Of a stretch of DNA of 64,000 nucleotides, positions 30,344-40,743 are shown in pieces; within the stretch, counting starts at the first letter, position 1, and each line of letters starts with the position of its first letter. The DNA lies in the NCBI GenBank assembly GCA_963808235.1, contig CAWEEQ010000004.1, positions 2,496,001 through 2,560,000 of the forward strand. Direction: 5' to 3'. This DNA comes from an uncultured delta proteobacterium (GTDB lineage Bacteria; Desulfobacterota; Binatia; Binatales; Binataceae). The notes beneath the pieces are model-generated. The model saw only the letters and a list, made by a program, of their open reading frames with translations, made no database searches and was not told where the DNA came from. Position numbers and translations under genes: made by a program.

Positions 30344-30502
30344 CTATTCCGCGTCGGAATCGCGATCCGGATCTTCGAAGCCCGGCGGAAGCACGGCCTG
30401 CGGCGCCTTCGAACTTCGCTCGCGGAGCCGCTCGACCAAGCCCGGAATCATAGCCGTGAGGCCGGTCGGAAGCGCTTTGATCGCAGCGTCGTCGAACTTC
30501 AA
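30344..30502 (-). CDS. Small hypothetical protein (52 aa, TTG start), not in ORF track
   Basis: MKFDDAAIKALPTGLTAMIPGLVERLRERSSKAPQAVLPPGFEDPDRDSDAE; starts 4 nt after the PHP stop; host-like codon usage. Confidence 0.45.
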   Translation of the reverse strand: MKFDDAAIKALPTGLTAMIPGLVERLRERSSKAPQAVLPPGFEDPDRDSDAE

Positions 30503-30506
30503 ATTG

Positions 30507-31244
30507 TTAACTGGTCGATTCCGAAGGCTCGAATGGCACGAGCGAGCCTTTTAGCAGGCCGCGGCCGGCGCGGCATCGCTTGGATCGGATCGCGTCGATT
30601 AGCGCCCGCTCGTCGTTGATCGGCGCGTCGAGCAGGGTCGTTACGCATCCTACCGAGCCCGCCGAATGAGAGTCTGAGCCTGCCACTTCGGCCAGGCCGA
30701 GCTCGCGCGCGACCTTGAGCGCGAACACGTTCTCGTCCTCGCCGCAGGCGCCGTTGAGAACTTCGATCGCGTCGACCATCTCGAAAATTTTGAGCTTGGC
30801 GGCGCGATCGGGATAGGTTGGATCGATTGGCTCGGAGTCGGGATTGATAAACGAGAACCGCGGATCGAGTTTGTAGCGGAACGGATGATTCGCGATCAGG
30901 ATTCCGCCCTCCAGGTCCACGACTCGCCGCAGCTCGGGGAGCTTGTAGATTCCGCCGACGTAACGCTCGAGCCCGAACGCGCCGATATGGCCCATGTCGG
31001 TGGTGACTTCCATGCCGCGCAGGAAGATCACGCCCGAGCTGTCGGACAGCTCCGCCATCTCGCGGAGGTCCCACATGTTGTCATGCTCGGTGATACAAAC
31101 CGCGCCGATCCCAATCGCCGATGCGCGCGCGACCAGGTCCTTCAGCGCGAGGTTCGAGTCCGAACTGCCGCGGTTGGTATGGAGATGAAGGTCGACGCTG
31201 AAGTAGGGCCCCGCTGATGGGTGCCCGCTTCGTGAATCCGTCAT
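30507..31244 (-). CDS. PHP domain phosphoesterase
   Basis: DLHLHT, ITEHD, GMEVTT..GH, NHPFR, GSDSH. Confidence 0.88.
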   Translation of the reverse strand: MTDSRSGHPSAGPYFSVDLHLHTNRGSSDSNLALKDLVARASAIGIGAVCITEHDNMWDLREMAELSDSSGVIFLRGMEVTTDMGHIGAFGLERYVGGIYKLPELRRVVDLEGGILIANHPFRYKLDPRFSFINPDSEPIDPTYPDRAAKLKIFEMVDAIEVLNGACGEDENVFALKVARELGLAEVAGSDSHSAGSVGCVTTLLDAPINDERALIDAIRSKRCRAGRGLLKGSLVPFEPSESTS

Positions 31245-31258
31245 ACGCGATCGCCGCG

Positions 31259-31822
31259 CTACTTGGGCGGCTCCTTCGCGAGCGTGATTTTCTTCATGTG
31301 ATCGCCCTTCTGAATCTGATCGACCACGTCCATGCCCTTAATCACGCCGCCAAAGATCGTGTATTGGGCGTCGAGTGAGGGCTGCGGCGCAAGGCAAATG
31401 TAGAATTGGCTGCCGCTCGAGTCGCGCTGCGGGTTGACCTGGTCGCTGGTGCGCGCGGTGGCCAGAGTGCCGCGCAGATGATGCTCGTTCTTGTCGATTT
31501 CCCCGGGGACCGTGTAACCGGGACCGCCCGTCCCGGTCCCGTCGGGATCGCCGCCTTGCACGACGAAGTCAGGAACCACGCGATGCCAGGTAAGGCCGTT
31601 GTAGAAGCCCTTGTTTACGAGCGTCTCGAAGTTGGCAACGGTCTTGGGCGCGACCTTGTCGTAAAGCTCGACTACGATGGTGCCGCGTTCGGTTTCGATG
31701 ATTGCGTAATGGCCGGTGTTTCTCACGGGTAGTCCATCCGTTGCGCCCTTGCAGGCCGAGGCGAGCGCGATCACTGCCACGAACACTGCGAGGCACGGTA
31801 GTTTGAGATAGTTGCGTTTCAT
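31259..31822 (-). CDS. Cyclophilin-type peptidyl-prolyl isomerase (lipoprotein)
   Basis: LASAC lipobox; FYNGLTWHRVVPDFVVQGGD, SQFYI, YTIFG. Confidence 0.92.
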   Translation of the reverse strand: MKRNYLKLPCLAVFVAVIALASACKGATDGLPVRNTGHYAIIETERGTIVVELYDKVAPKTVANFETLVNKGFYNGLTWHRVVPDFVVQGGDPDGTGTGGPGYTVPGEIDKNEHHLRGTLATARTSDQVNPQRDSSGSQFYICLAPQPSLDAQYTIFGGVIKGMDVVDQIQKGDHMKKITLAKEPPK

Positions 31823-31962
31823 TCCTCACTCACATTCGCAGGAGCAAGCAAAAGTCCATGCGGGAAGTTTAAGTCAGAGTCCTTCATGGAAGTATCGGAG
31901 GCGTGCGCGATCCGCAAGCGCCGGAATACGTCGAAGATCGCGTTGCCATCCTTTGACAAAAC

Positions 31963-32754
31963 TTAGCGGACAAACTTAGCGATAATTGCGGCCACTTTGG
32001 CGGGTTCTTCGAGCGGCATCATGTGCGCGCCGTTATCAACAAGATGGATCTTCGCCCGGGGAATTCCTTTCCTGAATTCGTCGGCATAGACCGCCGGCAA
32101 CAGCTTGTCGTCCTTGCCCCATACGATCAGCGTCGGCGCGGCGATTCGATGCAACCGTTTGCGCAGTCCCTTGTCCGGAATCGGCCACATGAACTTGCCG
32201 GTGCATCCGAGCGCCCATGTGATTCGGATGAACCCTTCCTGGTCTTCGGGGTTCAAGGTGATCCTTTTCAGCGCTGGATGATGCTGATCCTTGAACAGGA
32301 GCGCGGGCAAATCCAACTGCGGAGTGACGATGTAGTTGCGAATCGGCGAATCGTCGCGCCAGAGCCCGAGCGGACTTATCAGCGCGAGCTTGCCGACCCG
32401 AGTCGGATCGGTCGCCGCGACTTCAGCCGCGATCATCCCGCCAAACGAATGACCCACCACCGCAGGCGACTTCAGCCCGAGCTTGTCGAACAAGTCGTAG
32501 TAGTAGAGAACCAAATCCCAGATGTCGTCGAGCGCCTTGTACGCGTCCTCGTCACCCGAAGTGATCCCCGGATGCTCCGGCGCATACACCGCGAAGCTCT
32601 TGCCGAGTTCGTCGAGCAGTTCGTTCTCGATTGGGCCGTAACCGCCGTGCAGATAGACGAGTGGCTCGCCGCTGCCGACGATCTTGACCTTGGGATGAAC
32701 CTTGTCGCCCCATACGCTGACAGTCTTTTCTTTTGCAGCCGCCATATCAGGCAA
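31963..32754 (-). CDS. Alpha/beta fold hydrolase
   Basis: YLHG, GHSFGG, WGKDD, AHM. Confidence 0.85.
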   Translation of the reverse strand: MPDMAAAKEKTVSVWGDKVHPKVKIVGSGEPLVYLHGGYGPIENELLDELGKSFAVYAPEHPGITSGDEDAYKALDDIWDLVLYYYDLFDKLGLKSPAVVGHSFGGMIAAEVAATDPTRVGKLALISPLGLWRDDSPIRNYIVTPQLDLPALLFKDQHHPALKRITLNPEDQEGFIRITWALGCTGKFMWPIPDKGLRKRLHRIAAPTLIVWGKDDKLLPAVYADEFRKGIPRAKIHLVDNGAHMMPLEEPAKVAAIIAKFVR

Positions 32755-32787
32755 GTCCTTGTCGAAGTTCCGATTGCGGGAAGCGGC

Positions 32788-34050
32788 TCATCGCGCCGCC
32801 GCGTGCATTCCGTTCGAGGTCATCTGCTTGCGCGGACCGCGCAACGTCTCCGGCCACCACTTGTTTTCCCAATCACCGTCCCAAACGCCTTTGAAGTGCG
32901 GCATCACCTCGCTGCAGAAGAGGTCAATGTTCTTGATCGTGAGATCGTGCGGCATCGAGCCGATATGCAGCAGCACCATCAGGTTGCCGACGCGAAGTTT
33001 CTTGACTGCCTCCATCAACTGTTGGCGCACAGTCGCCGGCGATCCCGCGATCACGAACTGGTTGTCGACGAAGTCTTTGTACTTCCAGTTCGGAATCTGG
33101 TTCATCATGTCGAACAACTGCGGGTTCAGCTTGGTGACGCTGTTGACCAGGCTCTTGTAGTCCTGGTTGCCGGCGACCGGGAAATACTCGGGCGCGATGT
33201 GCAGGCATTTGTCGTAAAAATATCGGATGTGGGGGTAGTAATCCTTCTCCGCTTGCGCGTCGGTCTCGGAAACGGCGACCAGCTGCAGGAATCCGGCGCG
33301 GTACGGATTCGGATCATGATTGCCCTTCGCAACGAAATCCCAGAACCCGTCCATCACGCGCTTGCCGAAATTATTTCCCCAATAAGAAAGGAAGCAGTAG
33401 CAGTGATTGTGCTTGGCGGAGAAATCCCAGGTGCTCAGGCTGCCGCTGCCCGGAATCCAAACCGGCGGATGCGGCTGCTGAATCGGGCGCGGCCACAAGT
33501 TCACCATCGGGAGTTTGAAGTACTTGCCGTTCCACGCGAAGATCTCGCGCGAGGTCCACGCCTTGAGAATGAGATCGTGCGCCTCGTAGTAACGCTCGCG
33601 CTGCTCGATCGGAGAGATTCCGTAGCAGAGGTTCACGTCCTGCGAAGTGCCAAGCGGCATCCCGGCGACCAGGCGGCCGCCGCTGATGCAATCGATCATG
33701 CCGTATTCTTCGGCGACGCGAATCGGCGGATTCGAGGTCGGCAACGTCGAGCCCATCTGCACGACTGCGACGTCAGTGCCGTTGGTGGCGCGGGCGAGAA
33801 TCGAGCCCATCAAGTCGGGATTGGGCATGAAGCCGTAGGCGTTCTGATGATGCTCGTTGACGCAGATGCCATCGATTCCCTTGTCGGCGGCATGAATCAG
33901 CTCGTCGAGCGTCCAGTTGTAGTATTGGCCGACCTTCTTCGAATCGGCGAGCTGATAGTACGGCGGATCGACCCAGACCGAGTGATAGTTCTGCTCGAAG
34001 TCCGCGGGCAGATCGCGATACGGCATCAGATGGAACATTGAGATCTTCAT
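32788..34050 (-). CDS. Luciferase-like (LLM) flavin-dependent oxidoreductase
   Basis: NEHHQ, PIRVAEE..ID.ISGGRL, PRPIQQPHPPVW; ATG at 34050. Confidence 0.9.
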   Translation of the reverse strand: MKISMFHLMPYRDLPADFEQNYHSVWVDPPYYQLADSKKVGQYYNWTLDELIHAADKGIDGICVNEHHQNAYGFMPNPDLMGSILARATNGTDVAVVQMGSTLPTSNPPIRVAEEYGMIDCISGGRLVAGMPLGTSQDVNLCYGISPIEQRERYYEAHDLILKAWTSREIFAWNGKYFKLPMVNLWPRPIQQPHPPVWIPGSGSLSTWDFSAKHNHCYCFLSYWGNNFGKRVMDGFWDFVAKGNHDPNPYRAGFLQLVAVSETDAQAEKDYYPHIRYFYDKCLHIAPEYFPVAGNQDYKSLVNSVTKLNPQLFDMMNQIPNWKYKDFVDNQFVIAGSPATVRQQLMEAVKKLRVGNLMVLLHIGSMPHDLTIKNIDLFCSEVMPHFKGVWDGDWENKWWPETLRGPRKQMTSNGMHAAAR

Positions 34051-34181
34051 CGTTGGCCTCCGGACACGCGTCGGCAGTTGTTTTTCCAATACCATGGTCA
34101 AAGAAAATCCCCAACGCCCGGCACGGGATGGACAAGCACGCCGCCGCCAGAAGAGAATTCGCGGTGATGGCGAAGTGGAGC

Positions 34182-35060
34182 ATGGCGAGATCGTTCGCGC
34201 GATGGCGCGATCTGAAACTGATCGCGAGCTGCGCCGCGATACTACTTTGCGCGAGCGCGGCGCGGGCTGACTTAAGTCAAAGATCGTTCGTGGGGAACTT
34301 TCTTGGCAACGACGCAATCCCTGAAAATTATTTCTCCATTTCGGGCAGCGTCGATCGGGCTCAGAATGGCGAGTCGCTCTATATCGAAAAAACTCTCTCG
34401 TCCGATTCCAGCCTGTCACTGTTCGCTGGTTATCAGCGACTCGAAGAGGAGGGAGAGACGGCCACCGGATGGAGCAACCTGAGTCTCGCGTATAAGCATC
34501 TGCTGATATCGCTACCGCGCCACGAGTTCGTACTCTCTATAAGTCCCGAGGCCGAGTTGCCGGTGGGCAGCCGCAGCGTCGGCTCGGAATCTCACGCACG
34601 CGCCGGCTTCGACGTGCTGTTCGCGAAGGGATTCGGCGACTTGGTGGATTCTGTCGCAATCCTCCGGCCCGCCGCAGTCGAGGGCGATTTATCGTGGGAA
34701 GGAAAGGTGACGGGCGCGCGCGACGACCTGGTATCGGCCAACGGCGAGATTGAGTATTCGATTGGCTATCTAGATGAGAACGTCGGGCGCTCTTCGTTCT
34801 CGCATGCGCTGCGCAATCTCACCCCGCACCTGGATTTCGATTACGCACAGTACATGAGCGCGCATCGCAACTCGACGGCGCCCGATTTCGAACTGACGCC
34901 TGCGATGGCGTGGCTCAATTCGACGATCGAGATAAACCTCGGCGTGCAGGTCGCGCTCAATCGTGCGTCCTCGGGTAGCGGCGCGGTCGCATTTGTCTGG
35001 CTGGTAGGAGTTTCCTTCGATCAGATCGTGCCGGCGCTCGGCTGGAAACCGTTTCGCTGA
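34182..35060 (+). CDS. Secreted hypothetical protein, probable outer-membrane beta-barrel
   Basis: Signal peptide ..ASAARA; alternating amphipathic strands; start uncertain. Confidence 0.55.
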   Translation: MARSFARWRDLKLIASCAAILLCASAARADLSQRSFVGNFLGNDAIPENYFSISGSVDRAQNGESLYIEKTLSSDSSLSLFAGYQRLEEEGETATGWSNLSLAYKHLLISLPRHEFVLSISPEAELPVGSRSVGSESHARAGFDVLFAKGFGDLVDSVAILRPAAVEGDLSWEGKVTGARDDLVSANGEIEYSIGYLDENVGRSSFSHALRNLTPHLDFDYAQYMSAHRNSTAPDFELTPAMAWLNSTIEINLGVQVALNRASSGSGAVAFVWLVGVSFDQIVPALGWKPFR

Positions 35061-35106
35061 TGGAAGAAAAGGCATACGAGTAAGGCTGAATCCGGGGAGA
35101 GAGATT

Positions 35107-36352
35107 ATGGAATCGTGGTTCAACAAGGCAAGATTCGGGATGTTCATCCATTGGGGGCATTGCAGCCAGCGCGGGCTCGAGCTGTCGTGGCCGCTGGTCG
35201 GAGGGGTCGGCGCGCTGCCAAACTCGCAGAGTGTCTCGGTGGAGGAATATCACTCGACTGCAAAGACCTTTAATCCGGAAAAGTGGGATGCTCGCTCGCT
35301 CGCGCGGATGGCGAAGCGGGCTGGGATGCAATATGCAGTTCTGACTAGTAAGCATCACGACGGTTTCTCGATGTTCCACACGAAGCATTCTGACTATTCG
35401 ATTGAGTATTCGCCTTTCAAGCGCGATATAGTCCGCGAATACACAGATGCGTTTCGCGCCGAGGGATTAAAGGTCGGCCTCTATTACTCACTTATCGATT
35501 GGCATCATCCTGACTATCCAGCGTTTCAGGAATCGGACAAGCCGTACAAGTGGGGTAACTGGCGCCGCTCGACGCCGGAGAATTGGGATCGGTTTATCAA
35601 GTTCATGTTCGCGCAGATGCGCGAGCTGCTGACCAACTACGGCAAAGATCGATCTGCTCTGGTTCGACGGCGGCTGGGAGCGCACGCCCGAGGAATGGAA
35701 ATCGCGCGAGTTCGTCGAGATGATTCATTCGCTACAGCCCGAAGTGGTGATCAATGATCGCATCCCCGGTTACGGCGACTATCAAACGCCCGAGCAGGCG
35801 GTGCCGCCGCAACCTCCGAGCGGGCCGTGGGAGACATGCCTCACGATCAACAATAGCTGGGGCTACAATCCGTCGGACAAGAATCTGAAATCGACGCGGT
35901 CGCTGATTCATACGCTGTGCGAGGTCGCCGGCAAGGGCGGCAACCTGCTGCTCAACGTGAGTCCGATGGGCGACGGCGCGTTACCGCCGGAGCACGTCGA
36001 GCGGCTCGAGCAGATCGGCGACTGGTTCGCGCGCAACGGCGAAGCAATCGTCGGTACCGAGCCGGGACTCGAGCCGTGGCAGTTCTATGGACCGTCGACG
36101 CGCCGCGGAAATCGCGTCTATCTGCATCTGGTGATGAAGCCCTACGAATCGATCTCGGTGCGTGGGGTGAAAGTGCGGCGGGTCGGCGAGGTGCGTCCGC
36201 TCTCGAGCGCGATGCCACTCAAAGTACGGCGCCGAATCGCTGCGGCCGACACGTTGTTCAATCGGGATCCGATTGGCGAGCTGGTGATAGAGACGCCGGA
36301 CAGCGCCCTCGATTCGATCGCGACGATCATCGCGGTGGATTTCAGGGAGTAA
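35107..36352 (+). CDS. Alpha-L-fucosidase (GH29), frameshifted at about 35645
   Basis: WF..ARFGMFIHWG, KHHDGF, YYS..DW; removing one A gives YGKIDLLWFDG; GGNLLLNV. Confidence 0.88.
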
Positions 36353-36362
36353 CGCGCCGCAA

Positions 36363-37607
36363 TCAAGTTTCCCACTCGGCGAGCAGGCTGAGCGGTCCGC
36401 GAAACGAGGTGTTCGGGAGAAATCGCAGCGTCTGACCCACCACCAGACGCATGCTCGGATACCGGGCGCTAATTTCCTCGAGCACGATGCGCGCTTCGAG
36501 ACGGGCGAGCGGCGCACCGAGACAGAAATGCGCACCGTGTCCGAATGCCAGATGCTCGCCCGCGTTAGCGCGATGGATATCGAAGCGTTCCGGATCTTCG
36601 AAGATTGCGGGATCGCGATTCGCCGATCCGATCAGCAATAGCAGATTCGAATTGGCGGGAATCGCGACGCCTCCGATCTCGACCGGCTGGGTCGTCTTGC
36701 GACGCCATGCGATCACCGAAGAATCGTAGCGCAGAACTTCTTCGACAGCGTTTGGAATCAGTTGCGGACCGGAGCAGATCTCATTCCACGCGATGCGATC
36801 GGTGAGCATCCGGCGGAAAGCATTTCCGAGCAGACTGGTCGTAGTCTCGTGACCGGCGAGCAGCAGGCCGAAAATGACGGTGGTAACTTCGTGACGAGTG
36901 AGCGCGGGCAAGTCGCCGTCGCGGGCGAGCAGCAGGTCGCTGGTGAAGTCGTCGCGCGGCTCGACACTGCGCGCATCGACCATCGCTTGCGCGTAATTCC
37001 AGAAAGTCGCCATCCCGCGCGCGAGATCGATCTGCTGTTCGGTGCTCGGATGCCCGAACATAAAGAGGAGACGGCTTTCCGCGCCGGCCTTGACGCGAGG
37101 AACGTCATCGTCGGGAACGCCGAGCACTCGGAAGATAACCAGCGCGGGCAGTTCCCAGGCGAGATCGCCAATCAAATCCGCGCGGCCGCTCGTGAAGCGC
37201 TCGCGGGTGAATCGAGCCGTGAGGTCGCGAACGAAGGATTCCATCACCGCAACCCGGCGCGGCGTAAAGGCGACATTCGCCAGGCGGCGGACGCGGGTGT
37301 GCGCGGGAGGATCGGCGTTGGTGAGGACCGGGTCGGCGTTGAAACGCCCTTGCGCCAGAATGGTTTGCGCTTGCGGGCAGACCGGCTTGATCGGCGAAAG
37401 CGCATTCGCCGCCGAGAAGAGTCGCGGAGTCTGAAACACGCGCCTCACGTCGGCGTAGCGGGTGACGATCCAATAGTCGAGCTTGGGACTGAAAAAGACC
37501 GGAGCCGCCGGACGAGCCTCGGCGAAGAGGAGATACGGATCGGCGAGATAAGGATCGCGAAACGGATCGAATCGCGATGCGAGTTCGTCGGCGTCGTTCG
37601 TATGCAT
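36363..37607 (-). CDS. Cytochrome P450
   Basis: AGHETT, EEVLRY, HLAFGHGAHFCLG. Confidence 0.95.
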   Translation of the reverse strand: MHTNDADELASRFDPFRDPYLADPYLLFAEARPAAPVFFSPKLDYWIVTRYADVRRVFQTPRLFSAANALSPIKPVCPQAQTILAQGRFNADPVLTNADPPAHTRVRRLANVAFTPRRVAVMESFVRDLTARFTRERFTSGRADLIGDLAWELPALVIFRVLGVPDDDVPRVKAGAESRLLFMFGHPSTEQQIDLARGMATFWNYAQAMVDARSVEPRDDFTSDLLLARDGDLPALTRHEVTTVIFGLLLAGHETTTSLLGNAFRRMLTDRIAWNEICSGPQLIPNAVEEVLRYDSSVIAWRRKTTQPVEIGGVAIPANSNLLLLIGSANRDPAIFEDPERFDIHRANAGEHLAFGHGAHFCLGAPLARLEARIVLEEISARYPSMRLVVGQTLRFLPNTSFRGPLSLLAEWET

Positions 37608-37640
37608 CGTGGACTCCGCTCAGTCGAAAAAAAGACTAAA

Positions 37641-40154
37641 TCATGGGGCGGCGGTGAAGCTCCAGCTATACGGTTTGCCGTTGACGGTCATCGCGACGCG
37701 ATAGCTCTCTCCGATGGCGAGCGGGTTTCGCACGATCATCACCACCTCGCCGAAAGAGTCGAGGGCCTGGCGACCCTTCGCTTGGGTGACGCTGTCGGGA
37801 TTGGTGTAGCCGTCGCTGTCGTAAGCGCAGGTCTCGATCCTGGCGCCGGCCGCGTCGCCAGTAGTCTGAGTGAGCGATGCGCCGGTAACTTTTGCGGGCA
37901 CGTGCATCCCAAGCTGCAAGGTGATCGCAAGTGCGAGCGTCGAGTAGCCGTTGCATGCCGATAGTGGATCGGGCCATTCACCTTTAAACTCGCGCGGCTT
38001 GATCGTCACCCCGTCGGGCGGAACCTCGATCGGCTCGGCGAATTGGCGGCCACCGTAAGGCCCGAGCGTCAAATCGCTGACGACATTGAGCGCCGCGACG
38101 CATACGGTTCCCGCGCAATACTCGGCGAAGCCTACTTGTCGAAGTTCAGGATTCACGATCGGCGCGCGATGGAACGGCCCTGAAATCCACCACTCGATCG
38201 CCTTTGCCATGCGCTCAGCCTCGCTGCGGTTGATTCGCGATTGATACATCACGTCGCTCGCGCGCCCGGCCTTGAGGCCTTCAGGCGAATAGCCGGGCTT
38301 CGACTCGTCCTCGGTGTGGAGCAGGACTCCGATATTCACGCCTTTGCTGAGCATCGGTTGATAGTTCGTCACTAGATACTTTGCGTGGGCAAGATCGCCG
38401 CGGCTCAGAATCGGATCTTCCGCGACCGGCGGCACATTTAGGCGCGCTCGGTATGCGTTTAGAACTGTCAACCAATTCATGCTGGTGCTCGAGGTGCCGG
38501 CACTTTCTTCAGGCGTCGGCGCCGACGGTGGAATCGTATCGTCGCGATCGATTGACGCGATGGACGGCCCTCGCGCTTCCGGGATCGCGCGATGCGAAGG
38601 TCTCGCGATTCGCGGCGCACGCGGTGACGCAGCGATCGCCGGCTTGATCTCGGCTACGGAGACAGGCGCGGCGATTGGCAACGGCGTCGCGGAGACGGGA
38701 AACTTCGCGATCGCGGCAAAGGTCGAGGCGGTCGCCGCTGCGGTGAAGTTCCACGCATAGGTTTGGTCGTTCGCGATGATCGAGACCGTGTAACGAGAGC
38801 CGGGCTTAAGCGGCGCGCGCGGAACGATCACCACCGCGCCACTGTTGCGAAGATTCCAGCGACCGTATTCCTGGCCGGCAGGATTTTCATTCAGGTAGCT
38901 CTTCGCGTCGAAAGCGCAATGCTCGACCGGCTTGCCATTCTCCATCAACGAGTGCGCGGAAAACCCGGTCTCCACCCGCCGGCCAAGCTGCACAGTGATC
39001 GGAAGTCCCGCCGGCCGCTCGTAGCCGGGGCAGCTTGCGAGCGGATCGGGCGAATCGAGACTGATCCAATCGAGCGCCATGCTCGCGCCGTCGGGCGGAA
39101 ATTCAACGGCGCGCGCGTACGGCTTCACTTCCTCGGCGGGCGGCGGCAATAGAATCGCGGCCACCCAGCATCCGTTGCTCATCGCTTCGCCGAAGCCGGC
39201 CTCGCTCAGAAAAGGATTGAGCATCGCGAGGCGATGCAGCGGCGCCGAAATCCAATGATCGATCTGCGATGCTGCGTCGTACGGAGTGCATCCCCACGCC
39301 AGCTGAACGTTTTGCGCCGCCGTCGCGCCGGTCGCAGTGTAACCGCTCTTGCCGGCATCCTCCTCGTACGCCGCGCTGGACAACGGCTTCGCGCCGCGGA
39401 TCTCATCGGCGAAATTGGCCAGCAGATAGTGCGCGTGCGCGACTACGCTCGCACTCAGCTCAGGATTGTCGTGAATCTCGGCGACCCCCACGCCTGCGCG
39501 GTAGAAGTTGATTCGATCGAGCCATGCCGTCGGCGACGTCGGCGGAGAGGCGGATACATTCAGCGTCGGAGCGGAGCTGCCGGCTAAATGAATTGCCGCG
39601 GACACATTGGTCGCGCCTGCAATTGACGCAGGCCGAGTCGGGGCGTTCGCCAATGCGGGCTTCGGCACATCGACACGCTTCGCAGCAGTACGCGGCTGCG
39701 TCAATGCAGCAATCTCGGTGAGCGTCGCGAGGGAAAACAGATTCAATTTCGCAAAATGATCTACCAAACCGATCACGAAGATTGCCGCGATGACGGCGAG
39801 CGCGCGCAGGAGGTGGCGCTCGTGCCGGCGTCTCAGCGCGTCGGGATCGATAAATCGATACGGCACCCCGCCGCCGAAACGGAGATTGTCGCCGTGCTTG
39901 AGCGGTTGCGTCCGGCGAATCCGTCGGCCGTTGAGAAACGTTCCACCCACGGATTTGAGATCGGACACGTAATAGCGCCCGCGGGCGTATCGAATGACCG
40001 CATGGCGATCCGCGACGCTCGGGTCGGCGACCTGCAAACCCAATCCGCCGGTCTTGCCGACTGTCGCATCGTCGCGACCGAGGAGGAGCAGCCGAGTGCC
40101 TACTGCCTCGCGATCCACGGCCAGCAGACGTGCAGGCTGCGGTCTCTTCAACAC
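37641..40154 (-). CDS. FHA domain + TM + two CAP (SCP) domain modules
   Basis: VADRHA..DLKSVGGTFLNG FHA; TM; twice N.YR..HA.YL..W..HR..NP. Confidence 0.8.
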   Translation of the reverse strand: MLKRPQPARLLAVDREAVGTRLLLLGRDDATVGKTGGLGLQVADPSVADRHAVIRYARGRYYVSDLKSVGGTFLNGRRIRRTQPLKHGDNLRFGGGVPYRFIDPDALRRRHERHLLRALAVIAAIFVIGLVDHFAKLNLFSLATLTEIAALTQPRTAAKRVDVPKPALANAPTRPASIAGATNVSAAIHLAGSSAPTLNVSASPPTSPTAWLDRINFYRAGVGVAEIHDNPELSASVVAHAHYLLANFADEIRGAKPLSSAAYEEDAGKSGYTATGATAAQNVQLAWGCTPYDAASQIDHWISAPLHRLAMLNPFLSEAGFGEAMSNGCWVAAILLPPPAEEVKPYARAVEFPPDGASMALDWISLDSPDPLASCPGYERPAGLPITVQLGRRVETGFSAHSLMENGKPVEHCAFDAKSYLNENPAGQEYGRWNLRNSGAVVIVPRAPLKPGSRYTVSIIANDQTYAWNFTAAATASTFAAIAKFPVSATPLPIAAPVSVAEIKPAIAASPRAPRIARPSHRAIPEARGPSIASIDRDDTIPPSAPTPEESAGTSSTSMNWLTVLNAYRARLNVPPVAEDPILSRGDLAHAKYLVTNYQPMLSKGVNIGVLLHTEDESKPGYSPEGLKAGRASDVMYQSRINRSEAERMAKAIEWWISGPFHRAPIVNPELRQVGFAEYCAGTVCVAALNVVSDLTLGPYGGRQFAEPIEVPPDGVTIKPREFKGEWPDPLSACNGYSTLALAITLQLGMHVPAKVTGASLTQTTGDAAGARIETCAYDSDGYTNPDSVTQAKGRQALDSFGEVVMIVRNPLAIGESYRVAMTVNGKPYSWSFTAAP

Positions 40155-40218
40155 CAGAGGCTACTCACTTGCAGATCGCTCATAATTCCAGCGCTCGACA
40201 AAATTCATCCGCCGCTCT

Positions 40219-40692
40219 TCAGAACACGAAGGCATTACCTTTCGAGGCAGGCGGCGACGACACAGTATTGTCTGAAGGGGTAGTCGCTGAGGGAGTAGTC
40301 GCTGACGGTGTTTCGGTGCAGTACGGGGCGAGGCCGGTTGCGCCGCTCGCCGCGCGCTCGGCCAGCATCTTTTGGAGATCGCTTTGGCAGTTATTTTGTC
40401 CGATTTGATAGTAGCGATATCGGTAGGCTTTGAGCGGAGGAACCGGTGGCTCGACCAGGATTGGCCCGCCCATCTTCGATGCTTCCTCGGGCGTGTAGCC
40501 CATCTCGGTCGGGGTCGGAGGCTCAGGGGGTTTTTTGGATTGCCAGATCGGCAGGCCCGGAACGCCCACCGATTGCAGGTTGCCGTGCGGATCCTCAGTC
40601 CACTCGAAACAACCGAGAAGTGCGCAACAGCAGACCGCCACCACCACCAGCAGCCAGCGTCTCACTACAATCGTCTCCCCGCCTTCACTCAT
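40219..40692 (-). CDS. Hypothetical lipoprotein
   Basis: ALLGC lipobox; Pro-rich; TPSAT repeats. Confidence 0.6.
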   Translation of the reverse strand: MSEGGETIVVRRWLLVVVAVCCCALLGCFEWTEDPHGNLQSVGVPGLPIWQSKKPPEPPTPTEMGYTPEEASKMGGPILVEPPVPPLKAYRYRYYQIGQNNCQSDLQKMLAERAASGATGLAPYCTETPSATTPSATTPSDNTVSSPPASKGNAFVF

Positions 40693-40743
40693 CGCGAGAG
40701 AAATAGAACTCCCGCTAACGATCAGTTAGCGAGAGGAACTAAA

